DNA of 51,670 nucleotides, from the NCBI GenBank assembly GCA_964628345.1, contig CAZVLZ010000001.1:8318-59987 (forward strand), read 5' to 3'. The translations under genes and the position numbers were made by a program. Below, one piece after another: positions 17,165 to 26,187 of the stretch (within the stretch, counting starts at the first letter, position 1; every line of letters begins with the position of its first letter). Under the pieces are notes generated by a model that did no database searches, was not told where the DNA came from, and saw nothing but the letters and a program-made list of their open reading frames with translations. This stretch comes from an uncultured Candidatus Peribacteria bacterium (GTDB taxonomy: Bacteria; Patescibacteriota; Gracilibacteria; Peribacterales; Peribacteraceae).

Positions 17165-19000
17165 ATGGAAATCCGTAACTTTTGCATCATCGCGCACATT
17201 GATCATGGCAAGTCCACGCTGGCCGATCGCATGATCGAAGTTACGGGGACCAAGCAGAAGCGCGAGATGAAGGAGCAGCTCCTCGACATGATGGATCTGG
17301 AGCGCGAGCGCGGCATCACCATCAAGCTGACGCCGGTGCGCATGGGGTGGAAGGGAATTCAACTGAACCTCATCGACACGCCTGGGCATACCGATTTCCG
17401 CTACGAGGTGAGCCGCAGTCTCGCGGCGTGCGAAGGGGCGATTCTGCTCGTCGATTGCTCGCAGGGCATCCAGGCGCAGACGCTGGCTGTGCTCACGATG
17501 GCCATGGAGCATGACCTCACGATCATCCCGGTCCTCAACAAGATTGATCTGCCGGCGGCAGATCCGGAGCGCGTGAGCGAAGAGGTGATGAAGTTACTGG
17601 GCTGTTCCAAAGATGAAATTCTGCGAATTTCGGCGAAAGAGGGCAGGGGAGTGCCTGAAGTATTAGATGCGGTGGTGGAGAGGATCGCTCCTCCCCGGAT
17701 AGGAAGCAGCACGCAGCACGCAGCACGCAGCACGGGTGTGACGCGTGCATTGATATTTGACGCGATCATGGATCCGTACCGCGGGGCCGTCGCCTACGTG
17801 CGCGCGGTGGAGGGGACATTCCGGAAGGGCGACAAGGTCACGCTCCTCGGGACGCAGACGCCTGTCGACATTCTGGATCTCGGTCACTTCTCACCCAAGT
17901 ACGCGTCCGATCCGGCGCTCCACGAAGGGGAGATCGGCTACATCGTCACGGGTTCGAAGGATGTGCGTTCGGTGCGTACGGGAGATACGGTGTCGTCTCT
18001 GCCGGACGCGCAGCCCCTGCCCGGGTACAAAGAGGTTCAGCCGATGGTCTTCGCCGGACTGTATCCGTCGGAAGCCGATGACTATCCTCAGCTGCGGGAG
18101 GCACTGGAGAAGCTGGCGCTCAACGATGCGGCGCTCAAGTTCGAACCCGAACACAACGCGGCGCTGGGCAACGGGTTTCGGTGCGGCTTCCTCGGTCTTC
18201 TGCACATGGACATCGTGCAGGAACGATTGGAGCGCGAGCACGACTGCGACTTGATCATTACCGCGCCGAGCGTTCTCTACGAAGTGAAACTTTCGGTCCG
18301 GCGTCCGGCGGAAGTCGTGCGCGCCAGTCTGCTCAAACCGGATGAGCCGGATACCGCGCGCATCAGCAATCCTGCGGATTTTCCTGATCCCTCCTGCATC
18401 GCTGAGGTGCGCGAACCGTGGGTGAAGCTGGAGATTGTGTGCCGGGCGCAGGATATCGGCGCGGCCATGACGCTGGTGGGGGAACGCCGCGGCATTCAAC
18501 TGGATTTGAGTTATCTCGATGCCGATCGCGCCCTCCTCACCTTCGATGTGCCGCTGCAGGGGATCGTCTTGGACTTCTTCGATCTCCTCAAATCCGCAAC
18601 GTCCGGTTATGGATCCATGAGTTACGATCCCATCGGCTACCGTGCGGGCGATCTGGTGAAACTCCAAATTCTTCTACTGGGCGAACCCGCCGATGCCCTC
18701 TCCACCATCGTCCACCGGAGCGAGGCGCATCATGTGGGCGGGATGATCGCCAAGAAGCTCAAAGAGGTCATGCCCAAGCAGCAATTCCAGATTCCCATTC
18801 AGGCGGCCATCGGCGGCAAGATCGTTGCGCGTGAGACACTGTCCGCTTATCGCAAGGATGTGACGGGATACCTGTACGGCGGCGACGTGACGCGCAAGAA
18901 CAAGCTTCTCGAAAAGCAGAAGAAGGGCAAGAAGCGCATGAAGAAGATGGGCAAGGTGACGCTGACGCAAGAGGCGTTCCTGAGTGTGCTCAAGCGCTAA
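17165..19000 (+). CDS. lepA: Elongation factor 4 (LepA)
   Basis: IRNFCIIAHIDHGKSTLADR, DTPGH.DF and NKIDLP motifs, with the LepA-specific C-terminal region. I took the ATG at 17165 because it aligns with canonical N-termini; the ORF is open from 17138. Confidence 0.97.
   Translation: MEIRNFCIIAHIDHGKSTLADRMIEVTGTKQKREMKEQLLDMMDLERERGITIKLTPVRMGWKGIQLNLIDTPGHTDFRYEVSRSLAACEGAILLVDCSQGIQAQTLAVLTMAMEHDLTIIPVLNKIDLPAADPERVSEEVMKLLGCSKDEILRISAKEGRGVPEVLDAVVERIAPPRIGSSTQHAARSTGVTRALIFDAIMDPYRGAVAYVRAVEGTFRKGDKVTLLGTQTPVDILDLGHFSPKYASDPALHEGEIGYIVTGSKDVRSVRTGDTVSSLPDAQPLPGYKEVQPMVFAGLYPSEADDYPQLREALEKLALNDAALKFEPEHNAALGNGFRCGFLGLLHMDIVQERLEREHDCDLIITAPSVLYEVKLSVRRPAEVVRASLLKPDEPDTARISNPADFPDPSCIAEVREPWVKLEIVCRAQDIGAAMTLVGERRGIQLDLSYLDADRALLTFDVPLQGIVLDFFDLLKSATSGYGSMSYDPIGYRAGDLVKLQILLLGEPADALSTIVHRSEAHHVGGMIAKKLKEVMPKQQFQIPIQAAIGGKIVARETLSAYRKDVTGYLYGGDVTRKNKLLEKQKKGKKRMKKMGKVTLTQEAFLSVLKR
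17706..17733 (+). repeat. Perfect tandem heptanucleotide (GCAGCAC) x4 inside lepA
   Basis: Read directly. It encodes SSTQHAARST in the linker after the G domain. Confidence 0.9.
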
Positions 19001-19305
19001 AGCTGAGCCATGGCCGCTGCAAATTCCGCATCGCTCGCTTCCTCTCCCTTCAGACACGTGCAAGGATTTTTTTGCCAGTAGGATAACCCATTCATCGTTT
19101 TGCGAACGAGTTTCTCAGCAAGAATCCGATTCGTTGATCCTGTTGCCGTTAAGAAAAAATCCACACCGCCTTCAAAGATTTCTTCGCAACTTTTCACTCC
19201 ACCGTCGGGATTCACGCAGTGTACGCAGACCGGACCGTCTTTCGTATCACCCCCTTTCTCTTCCGCTTGCGTGAGAGGCATGCTGCAGGCGATACATGTT
19301 TCCAT
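18997..19305 (-). CDS. Zinc-ribbon domain protein, hypothetical
   Basis: METCIACSMP...GPVCVHCVNPDG provides CxxC...CxxC. 102 aa from the internal ATG; the ORF is open to 19458. The stop overlaps the lepA stop by 4 nt, convergently. Confidence 0.55.
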   Translation of the reverse strand: METCIACSMPLTQAEEKGGDTKDGPVCVHCVNPDGGVKSCEEIFEGGVDFFLTATGSTNRILAEKLVRKTMNGLSYWQKNPCTCLKGEEASDAEFAAAMAQL

Positions 19306-19379
19306 CGGAGTTGGGTGGAAAGCACAGTGAGGGTATCTCCACTGGTGCGACCATCCGATCATTTCAGTAGAATGGGCCT

Positions 19380-19925
19380 GTGGCAATGCATTTCCCTCTT
19401 CGTTCCGTCTTCCTCGCCCTCCCGCTGGAGGGTCAGTCCAAGTGGCTGTTCCAGGCATTGCAGGAGGAATTGAAGCCCTACGCGGATATCCTGCGAATTC
19501 AGAATCCGCAGTCGCCGCATTTGACGCTCATGTTCTGGCAGAGCGTGGGACCGCTCGAATACCAAGGCATTGCGGCGCAGGCGGCGAAAATCGCCCCGCT
19601 CCATCGGCCATTCACGATGCATGTGACGGGGGCGGATACCTTCGGTAGCAGGGGGGAAGATTCCGTGCTCTTCCTCACGATTGCGTTCAGTGAGGAACTT
19701 GCGCGCGTGAAAAAATCCTGTCCGTGGTCGGATGGCCGGCCCTTCACCCCGCACATCACGCTGGCGCGTATCGCACACCCGCAGCGATTCAATGTCGTGA
19801 AGAAGAAGGTGATGAAGCTCCTCGATGGGACGGCGTTCGACATTCCGGTGGACCGGCTGCGGCTCTACGCCGAAGTGAATGGGGTGAAGCAGACGGTGCT
19901 TGAGGAGTTTGTATTCAGGGAATAG
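19380..19925 (+). CDS. thpR: 2H phosphoesterase, RNA 2',3'-cyclic phosphodiesterase / 2'-5' RNA ligase family
   Basis: Two H-x-T-x motifs (HLTLMF and HITLARI) at the expected spacing. GTG start at 19380, alternative ATG at 19386. Confidence 0.85.
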   Translation: MAMHFPLRSVFLALPLEGQSKWLFQALQEELKPYADILRIQNPQSPHLTLMFWQSVGPLEYQGIAAQAAKIAPLHRPFTMHVTGADTFGSRGEDSVLFLTIAFSEELARVKKSCPWSDGRPFTPHITLARIAHPQRFNVVKKKVMKLLDGTAFDIPVDRLRLYAEVNGVKQTVLEEFVFRE

Positions 19926-19928
19926 CCG

Positions 19929-20021
19929 TAGAGACGCGATGCCATCGCGTCATTCAAAGGATCACCGGGAGGACACGGGCTGCCGATGTCGACGGAAGAC
20001 GCGGTATCGTCGCGTCTCTAC
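19929..20021. terminator. Pair of GACGCG...CGCGTC hairpins between convergent genes
   Basis: GACGCGATG-c-CATCGCGTC (19933-19951) and AGACGCG-7 nt-CGCGTCT (19997-20017), bracketed by GTAGA/TCTAC. There is no clear U-tract, so terminator function is uncertain. Confidence 0.3.
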
Positions 20022-20701
20022 TGTTTGTTTGGTGTCTTTTCCTGCAACAATTTTCGCACGCCCGGGATGAACGGCTCGAAGACCGTCTGCAGGATGCTGG
20101 CGGTGAGCGGCTGGAGCTTCTCGAATGGGATTTCCTTCTTCTGCGCACGGAAGAATTCCTGCAGAACGAAAGTGGTGAGCTGCAGGATCGTCCCGTCGAT
20201 GTGTTTCTCGTCGACCATGAGTTTTAAGAGGATGCCTGCGACGTCGAGCGACAACACCGTCTGCAGACGCGTGATCCAGCGGATGAGGATCTGGCCTTCT
20301 TCCACGGCAATAGCGCCGCTCTTCGTGAGCGCTGTGGCGTTCGAGAGGTCCGGTTCTGGGATTTCTTTGAGCATCTCTCCCAGGTATTCCTTCACCGTAT
20401 CGCGGCAGCCCTGGTGGATGAGCGAGAGGATGGCGAGGATGAAGATCGAAGGACAGTCACGGGCGACGAGGCGGGAGATCAGCACGAACAGGTGCGTGTG
20501 CTCTTCTTCATCCAGAAATTGCACGATGGCCTTGGCGACCTGATCGTCGCGGCGCTTACTCTTCTTCTCTTCCCGGCGGATCTGTTGCATGCCTGCCGCG
20601 GCCGCAGCGAAGCGCTGTTTGGCCTCTTCACTCAGTTCCTCGAATCCACTTGCCGCGCCCTCTCCGGGTGCCCCAATTTCTGGACCTCCAAATTCTGACA
20701 T
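20018..20701 (-). CDS. Hypothetical protein
   Basis: 227-aa ATG ORF with coding-like composition: a charged N-terminus, then a helical domain. No family recognised. Confidence 0.65.
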   Translation of the reverse strand: MSEFGGPEIGAPGEGAASGFEELSEEAKQRFAAAAAGMQQIRREEKKSKRRDDQVAKAIVQFLDEEEHTHLFVLISRLVARDCPSIFILAILSLIHQGCRDTVKEYLGEMLKEIPEPDLSNATALTKSGAIAVEEGQILIRWITRLQTVLSLDVAGILLKLMVDEKHIDGTILQLTTFVLQEFFRAQKKEIPFEKLQPLTASILQTVFEPFIPGVRKLLQEKTPNKQ

Positions 20702-20891
20702 GGGGGCATGGTATCATGAAAGACAAACCTGCGGTTTTTCTTTCATGAGCTTTCTTTTCCCTTCAGCGGTGTCGCTCCCCGCCTGTACCCGCCGGAACGA
20801 CATTGTCGGGCTGGCCGAACGGTACGCTCGGGCGGGCAGCGCTGGGTCCCGTCAGGGCCACCCAGCACTTCGCGACGATTGTTTACTATCG

Positions 20892-21605
20892 TCATTTTCT
20901 CATTCTGATGAAGTATCCTGATGTCTGCACTTCAGAAATCTTGCGCATCTTCTCCGTGCCCCAGTCGGCGCACCGCAACATCCAGCGAAGCAGCCCGATA
21001 CGATGGAGCGGTGTGAAGCGGGCGAGTGACTCGAAGAGTCCGCGTACGGGGCAGATTTCGACTTCTGTGCAGTTGCGGAAAAGGTAAGCGATGCCGTCCT
21101 TCGAATAACGGAAGTAATCGCGGTAATCCTGCGTCGTCTGCGCGTGATAGCGGTACAGGAAGGGAACGTACACAAGGCCTCTGCCGCCCGGCTTCAGCAC
21201 GCGCGTGATCTCTTCACAGGCGCGTTTGGGGTCGTAGACGTGTTCCAGTACAGCGAGGCAGAAGAGGCCGTCCACCGATGCGTCCGCGAAAGAAAGTCGG
21301 TGGATATCCTCGACGAAATCAGGATGATACTGGTTGGTGTAGTCCGTCACCCGGTACTGCACATTGGGGTCAGAGAGGAAACGGCCGAACGTTCGCTGGT
21401 GATCGGCATTCAATCGATCTCCCCGCGTGGGATCGAGCCGCAGCCCCCCGCCGATATCCACGATCAATCCGCCGACCGAGAACATGCGCAGTACGGTCTC
21501 ATGGAAGAAGCGGTGCCAGAACGGTCCCTTCAGGGTATCCGCAAGAGAAGAAGGACGTCGCATGGCTGCCGGGTGAATTTTGAAATCAGGGACGTCGAGA
21601 GGCAT
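20892..21605 (-). CDS. Class I SAM-dependent methyltransferase
   Basis: VDIGGGLR (motif I), LEHVYDP and VLKPGGRGLVYVPF. The ORF is open to a GTG at 21734, but that start abuts a terminator hairpin. The ATG at 21605 puts motif I at a typical position and has TATAGT 7 nt upstream. Confidence 0.8.
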   Translation of the reverse strand: MPLDVPDFKIHPAAMRRPSSLADTLKGPFWHRFFHETVLRMFSVGGLIVDIGGGLRLDPTRGDRLNADHQRTFGRFLSDPNVQYRVTDYTNQYHPDFVEDIHRLSFADASVDGLFCLAVLEHVYDPKRACEEITRVLKPGGRGLVYVPFLYRYHAQTTQDYRDYFRYSKDGIAYLFRNCTEVEICPVRGLFESLARFTPLHRIGLLRWMLRCADWGTEKMRKISEVQTSGYFIRMRK

Positions 21606-21734
21606 GTCCCTCACTATAGCATCAGGAAGAACTATCCAGCACCAGAACCAGCTTCGCATCATTCGATGCGGGGCATGTACCAGAATGTCCTCGGCACGCG
21701 GTTGGCGGTGCCATGTACCGAACGCCGCGTTCAC

Positions 21735-21759
21735 AAAAACAGGCGCTGAAGGCGCCTGT
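21735..21759 (-). terminator. Intrinsic terminator downstream of tRNA-fMet
   Basis: The minus strand reads ACAGGCGC-cttca-GCGCCTGT followed by TTTT: an 8-bp GC-rich stem, a 5-nt loop and a T-run. Confidence 0.6.
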
Positions 21760-21773
21760 GGCGTTCTGGTACA

Positions 21774-21851
<78 letters not shown>

Positions 21852-21883
21852 CGAAACCGCAGCTATTCTGCCCCAGTATTTCC

Positions 21884-21911
21884 TTGCGCGGAAGAGGAAA
21901 ATGCGTAGAAT
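21884..21911 (+). promoter_or_regulatory. Putative promoter for rpmA
   Basis: TTGCGC(21884-21889), 16 nt, TAGAAT(21906-21911). The ATG at 21921 is 9 nt after the -10 and there is no SD. Confidence 0.4.
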
Positions 21912-21920
21912 TCCTCCGCT

Positions 21921-22205
21921 ATGGCACATAAGAAAGCAGGAGGCTCCACCAGTAACGGCAGAGACAGCATCGCGAAGCGACGTGGACTGAAGCGCTCCGG
22001 CGGGCAACTGGTATCCGCGGGAGAGGTGCTGATCCGGCAGAAGGGATACTGGTATCGACCGGGGATCAATACTCACATGGGGAAGGACTGGACCATTCAT
22101 GCTTCCGTCGATGGCCAAGTCCGTTTTACGGAGAAGCGTGTTACGAAGTTCAGTGGCAAGCGCGAGCAGTGCACGCTGATCCACGTGGACGCGGTGAAGT
22201 CGTGA
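21921..22205 (+). CDS. rpmA: 50S ribosomal protein L27
   Basis: [29 protein letters not shown] is the canonical L27 N-terminus. Confidence 0.95.
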   Translation: MAHKKAGGSTSNGRDSIAKRRGLKRSGGQLVSAGEVLIRQKGYWYRPGINTHMGKDWTIHASVDGQVRFTEKRVTKFSGKREQCTLIHVDAVKS

Positions 22206-22239
22206 TGCCATCCGCGTTGGGGTGAACGTGCCGGTTTTT

Positions 22240-22686
22240 TCACAGTGCGCGTTTCAGTTCATCGATTCTCTCCCGGTGGAAGAAGTAGAGCTTCCAGTGT
22301 TCGAGGACGGGCATCTGCCTGAGGAGCTCCAGGTACGCGGCTTCACGCTCCTGCGCGTACGTGCCCTCTTCGTTCTCCAGGGCATCGAGCGGACGCTGAA
22401 GCTCCGTGATAATGAGGACTTTTTCGCCGGGCTTGATCATGCTCAGGTTCTCCTTGGCGTACTTGTCTTTGAACTGCACCGAGCGGTAGTAATCCAATTC
22501 CTTGTACCCCCCGGCGATGCTCCGTCGCAGGGCAGTATTCTGGTTGCGGATGTCTTCGAGCGTCTGTTCGAAAAGCACGTTGCGGTAGAAGGAGAGCGCA
22601 AGTCCGAATGCCATGAATCCCACGACCGTCAGACCCACGATGATCGTGAGTTGTTTTGAGATCGGTTCGATGTGCTGATACGCCAC
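22240..22686 (-). CDS. Septum formation initiator family protein, FtsB/DivIC-like
   Basis: Single N-terminal TM, a coiled-coil (EDIRNQNTALRRSI), then the family-typical KDKYAKENLSMIKPGEKVLII. GTG start. Confidence 0.7.
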   Translation of the reverse strand: MAYQHIEPISKQLTIIVGLTVVGFMAFGLALSFYRNVLFEQTLEDIRNQNTALRRSIAGGYKELDYYRSVQFKDKYAKENLSMIKPGEKVLIITELQRPLDALENEEGTYAQEREAAYLELLRQMPVLEHWKLYFFHRERIDELKRAL

Positions 22687-22707
22687 AGATGCGTAGCTTA
22701 CCGGTTT

Positions 22708-22801
22708 GAGGAAATAGAGGAAATAATGGAGACAGAGGAAATAGGAGAACCATGGACTTCTCCTCTATTTCTTTTCTTTCTTTTCTTTCCTCTATTTCCT
22801 G
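22708..22801. promoter_or_regulatory. Symmetric GAGGAAATA repeat cluster in the ftsB-like/murC divergent region
   Basis: GAGGAAATA at 22708-16, 22717-25 and 22735-43. The inverted CCTCTATTTC is at 22762-71 and 22789-98. The arrangement is centred on CCATGG (22750-55). Confidence 0.5.
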
Positions 22802-22826
22802 AACGAGGCATCTATACTGTGTCCGG

Positions 22827-24107
22827 ATGAAAATCTACTGCTCCGGCATCGGCGGTATCGGTCTCTCGGCCTATGCCGCATACCGTGCGAGTCAGGGGCA
22901 CCAGGTATCCGGCAGTGACCGGACGGATTCGGCTATCATCCACGATCTTCGGGAGCAGGGGATTACAGTCTTTCTCTCGCAGGACGGGTCGCATGTGCCC
23001 GAGGATTGTGACCTTTTCATCTTTTCCGAGGCGATTCCGGAAGGAAGCCCCGAACGCCAGCGTGCAAAAGCGCTCTCCATTCCGCAGCAGTCGTACTTTC
23101 AGGCGCTCGGGGAGCTCACGGCCGATTTTCGCGTGGTTGCCGTTGCCGGCACGCACGGCAAATCATCGACGACCGCGATGGCGGCGCGCGTGCTGATGGA
23201 TGCGGGACTCGATCCCAGCGTGATCGTGGGTACGAAAATGCGCGAACTTCAGGGCCGCAACTGGCGGAGGGGAGCGAGTCCGCTCTTCGTCGTGGAGGCG
23301 TGCGAGTACCGCCGGTCTTTTCACGCTCTCTCTCCCGAAATCATTCTCCTCACCAATGCGGATGGCGATCATTTCGATTACTACCGGTCGCAGGAGGACT
23401 ACGAGCAGGCGTTCGTGGACTTCGTGAAGCGCCTGCCGCCGGATGGCCTGGTCATCACGCACGGCACCGATCTCGTCTGCGCGGCGATCGCGGAGCGGGG
23501 AGGACGCAGGATGGTCGATGTCGATACTGTCCCGTTGCCGACGCTCGCCACTCCCGGCCTGCACATGCAGCGAAACGGTCAGCTCGTTCTCGCTCTCGCG
23601 GAGGAGCTGAAGATTGACCGGGAGCAGGCGCTCGCATCGCTCGCGGGCTACGCCGGTTCCTGGCGGCGCATGGAGGTGAAGGGCGAGACGAAGTCAGGCG
23701 TGACGGTGATTGATGATTACGGTCACCATCCCACTGAAATCCGCGCGACCGTGCAGGCTCTCCTGGGCGCATATCCCGGCAGGCGGCTCGTCGTCGTGTT
23801 CCAGCCGCACACGCACGATCGCACACGCAAGTTGTATGAGGCGTTCGCTCAGGCGTTCAAAGGGGCTGCGGTTGTGATCATTCCCAATATCTACGATGCT
23901 CGGCCGGACCGCGAGAGCGGATTGGTGGATCTGTCTGCGTTCGTTCGGGATATCGGAAAGGGGAGCGGCGTTCAGGCGATCAATGGCACATCTCTCGATG
24001 AAACCGAGCGCTTACTCCGCGAGCAGATCCTTCAATCCCGGGATGTGTTGCTCGTCCTCGGGGCGGGCAATGTGACGGAGCTGGCGGGGAGGATGGTTGA
24101 GGGTTAG
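22827..24107 (+). CDS. murC: UDP-N-acetylmuramate--L-alanine ligase
   Basis: GIGGIGLSAYA...GH.VSGSD (N-terminal Rossmann) and AVAGTHGKSSTTAM (P-loop), with the Mur ligase middle and C-terminal domains (DDYGHHPTEI). Confidence 0.95.
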   Translation: MKIYCSGIGGIGLSAYAAYRASQGHQVSGSDRTDSAIIHDLREQGITVFLSQDGSHVPEDCDLFIFSEAIPEGSPERQRAKALSIPQQSYFQALGELTADFRVVAVAGTHGKSSTTAMAARVLMDAGLDPSVIVGTKMRELQGRNWRRGASPLFVVEACEYRRSFHALSPEIILLTNADGDHFDYYRSQEDYEQAFVDFVKRLPPDGLVITHGTDLVCAAIAERGGRRMVDVDTVPLPTLATPGLHMQRNGQLVLALAEELKIDREQALASLAGYAGSWRRMEVKGETKSGVTVIDDYGHHPTEIRATVQALLGAYPGRRLVVVFQPHTHDRTRKLYEAFAQAFKGAAVVIIPNIYDARPDRESGLVDLSAFVRDIGKGSGVQAINGTSLDETERLLREQILQSRDVLLVLGAGNVTELAGRMVEG

Positions 24108-24200
24108 GGGGATAGGGGGCAGGAAGATCGGGGAAAAATGCTTGATTGAGGAATAATTCAACTCCATCATTCCATCCTTCAATTCTTTCCCTACATCATC

Positions 24201-24611
24201 ATGTCTCATGCCGATCATGGTGGAACCACAAGTCACACTTTTCCCTGGGACAAAGAACAATATCCCGATGAAGTTGTCATTGGATCGGCAGTTGCAGGAT
24301 GCGTGAACGACTCTTTTGTTTTTGCCGAAGATATGGGGCTCGATCCACTCGCAGCAGTTGAAACGCTGCTTGCCAAGGGAAACATGGGACACGTCAGGCC
24401 GGACTTCATCCGCGTCCTCCAAAAGGAAGGTTTGCCCTTGCTCCGGGAGTACTCATTTAACCCCGATAGGATTAGAGCAAATGGCACTCCGATTTCCAAA
24501 GTCGATGATGATCCTCATGCTGGGGAAAGAGCTGCCCACGCAAAGGCAAGAATGGAAGGGTATGCTCAAAAAATGTTGCACTTACTAGAAAGTGTTCTTC
24601 CGGGGGAATAA
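24201..24611 (+). CDS. Hypothetical protein, compositional outlier
   Basis: 136-aa ATG ORF in a visibly lower-GC stretch between murC and the SLH gene. No family recognised. Confidence 0.45.
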   Translation: MSHADHGGTTSHTFPWDKEQYPDEVVIGSAVAGCVNDSFVFAEDMGLDPLAAVETLLAKGNMGHVRPDFIRVLQKEGLPLLREYSFNPDRIRANGTPISKVDDDPHAGERAAHAKARMEGYAQKMLHLLESVLPGE

Positions 24612-24737
24612 GGGTCCATGAGAGAATAACCGTCTCGTCGCGAAGCGATATCAATAATCCGCGGCGAACCCGTACTTTTGTCCCGCAAGAGTGCGGGGTG
24701 GAGCGATCCCATTGAAGAGAAAGGGTGGTTCGTGGAG

Positions 24738-24756
24738 GGGAAACCGTAGGTTTCCC
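24738..24756. terminator. Perfect 8-bp hairpin between convergent genes
   Basis: GGGAAACC-gta-GGTTTCCC lies 10 nt from the stop of the minus-strand SLH gene. There is no U-tract. Confidence 0.3.
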
Positions 24757-24765
24757 ATCTGCGCA

Positions 24766-26043
24766 TCATTCCGGCTGAAACGATGCCGTTTTTTCGAGAT
24801 ATAGTTCCATGGCCGTCGCGATCATCTTGGCCATGGAGGCACGGTTGACGGGATCCGCCGGACCGAAGAGGCCGGTCAGATTACCTTTATCGTCGCTGTA
24901 GCCGCTCACGAGGCTGTGGGTCGCGGCGGTCTCGATGCAGTCGGCATAGGGAATCGAGCGGGAGACATCGTCGAACATGGTTCCGGTGGGCCAGTCCCGC
25001 TTCACATTCAGAACCTGCAGGAAGGTAGCCACGACTTCGGCTCGGGTGGCGGGGCGCAGGGGATCCACCGATCTGTTCAGGTAGACCAGCCAGCCCAGGT
25101 CTTCGGCGGATGCGAAGAAGGGGGCAAACCAGGTTCCTTTTGCCCTATCATTCTCGGGAGCAGTGGAAACTTTTGTTTCATCGATGCTGGCGAGGCGATG
25201 CGCGATCTTGGCGAGTTCGGCCACCGTGACGGGATCATTGGGGCCGAATGTTCCCGTGGGGTTTCCGTCCGCATCCCGGTAGCCGGACATCACTTTGGCA
25301 TCCAGCACGCGACGGACGGATGCAGTGAACCACTGGCCGACAGGGACGTCGGTGAAAATCACCGGTTTGCCGTCGATGGTGGCCTTGACGAATTGGCTCT
25401 CCATCTCCTTTATCTGCTGCTGATCCAACTGCGGCAGGTTGTCGCACTTGAGCTGAACCGACAGGACGACGCGTCCGTCTTTGATAAGCCGTCCGGATTG
25501 CGGGTTCGGGGTGGTACATCCTTCGATGGTGTCGAATGCGACGGAGTAGAGGCCAACGGGCATGGGATCGTAGAACCCGGGCGTGACGCCGGAGTAGGAG
25601 GCGCCATCCGGACCCGTGAGGGTATAGGGGAATCCTGCAGGATCGGAGTCGACACTCACCTTGCCGAAGAGTGTCAGCGTGTAGCGGATGTTCAGGGCAA
25701 CGGTGTCGCCATCCTTCAACTGGAAGGCGGCTTGCGGCTTTTCGAAGAAGGCCGTTTCCCCGTTGAGCGTGAGGGTGATCGCTGCCGACATGCCCGAGGG
25801 GGGCAGGACGTTGAGTAGATAGTTGCCGGCCGGCATGTTTTCGTATGAGTGCGTGGCGACGTTCGTCTCAGTGCTGGTGCCATCGGGTTTGAGCAGCACC
25901 CAGTTGCCGAAGAGAGAGGGGAATGCCTCGAGGGGAGTCTGGATCACCGTGATGCTGCTGCCGCTCTGGCCTGCAGCCATCAGAGGGAAGATGCCGCATC
26001 CGAGCAGCACGACGAGCAAGAACGAGAGGCGCCTGGTTGTCAT
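24766..26043 (-). CDS. Secreted surface protein: beta-rich PEGA-like head plus three C-terminal SLH domains
   Basis: Signal peptide MTTRRLSFLLVVLLGCGIFPLMAAG. SLH repeats include FTDVPVGQWF...SGYRDADGNPTGTFGPNDPVTVAELAKI, ...RPATRAEVVATFL and FDDVSRSIPYADCIE...SGYSDDKGNLTGLFGP. The ORF is open to a GTG at 26142. Confidence 0.85.
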   Translation of the reverse strand: MTTRRLSFLLVVLLGCGIFPLMAAGQSGSSITVIQTPLEAFPSLFGNWVLLKPDGTSTETNVATHSYENMPAGNYLLNVLPPSGMSAAITLTLNGETAFFEKPQAAFQLKDGDTVALNIRYTLTLFGKVSVDSDPAGFPYTLTGPDGASYSGVTPGFYDPMPVGLYSVAFDTIEGCTTPNPQSGRLIKDGRVVLSVQLKCDNLPQLDQQQIKEMESQFVKATIDGKPVIFTDVPVGQWFTASVRRVLDAKVMSGYRDADGNPTGTFGPNDPVTVAELAKIAHRLASIDETKVSTAPENDRAKGTWFAPFFASAEDLGWLVYLNRSVDPLRPATRAEVVATFLQVLNVKRDWPTGTMFDDVSRSIPYADCIETAATHSLVSGYSDDKGNLTGLFGPADPVNRASMAKMIATAMELYLEKTASFQPE

Positions 26044-26187
26044 AGATGGGAGGGAGGGAATGCCATAGTGTTGCGCAGGGGGGAGCCCGTATGCAATGGA
26101 CCGCCGATCCTCTTCATGTGCTGCCCATACGAAACAGGGCACCCGATTGTGTGGGCGCCCTGGTCATCAGCGATGAATGTCTCCTGT

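Noticed and set aside
22210-22240. T-run after rpmA (gccggtttttt) as an intrinsic terminator
   Set aside because: I could not find a convincing GC-rich stem immediately upstream of the T6 run, only weak bulged pairing.
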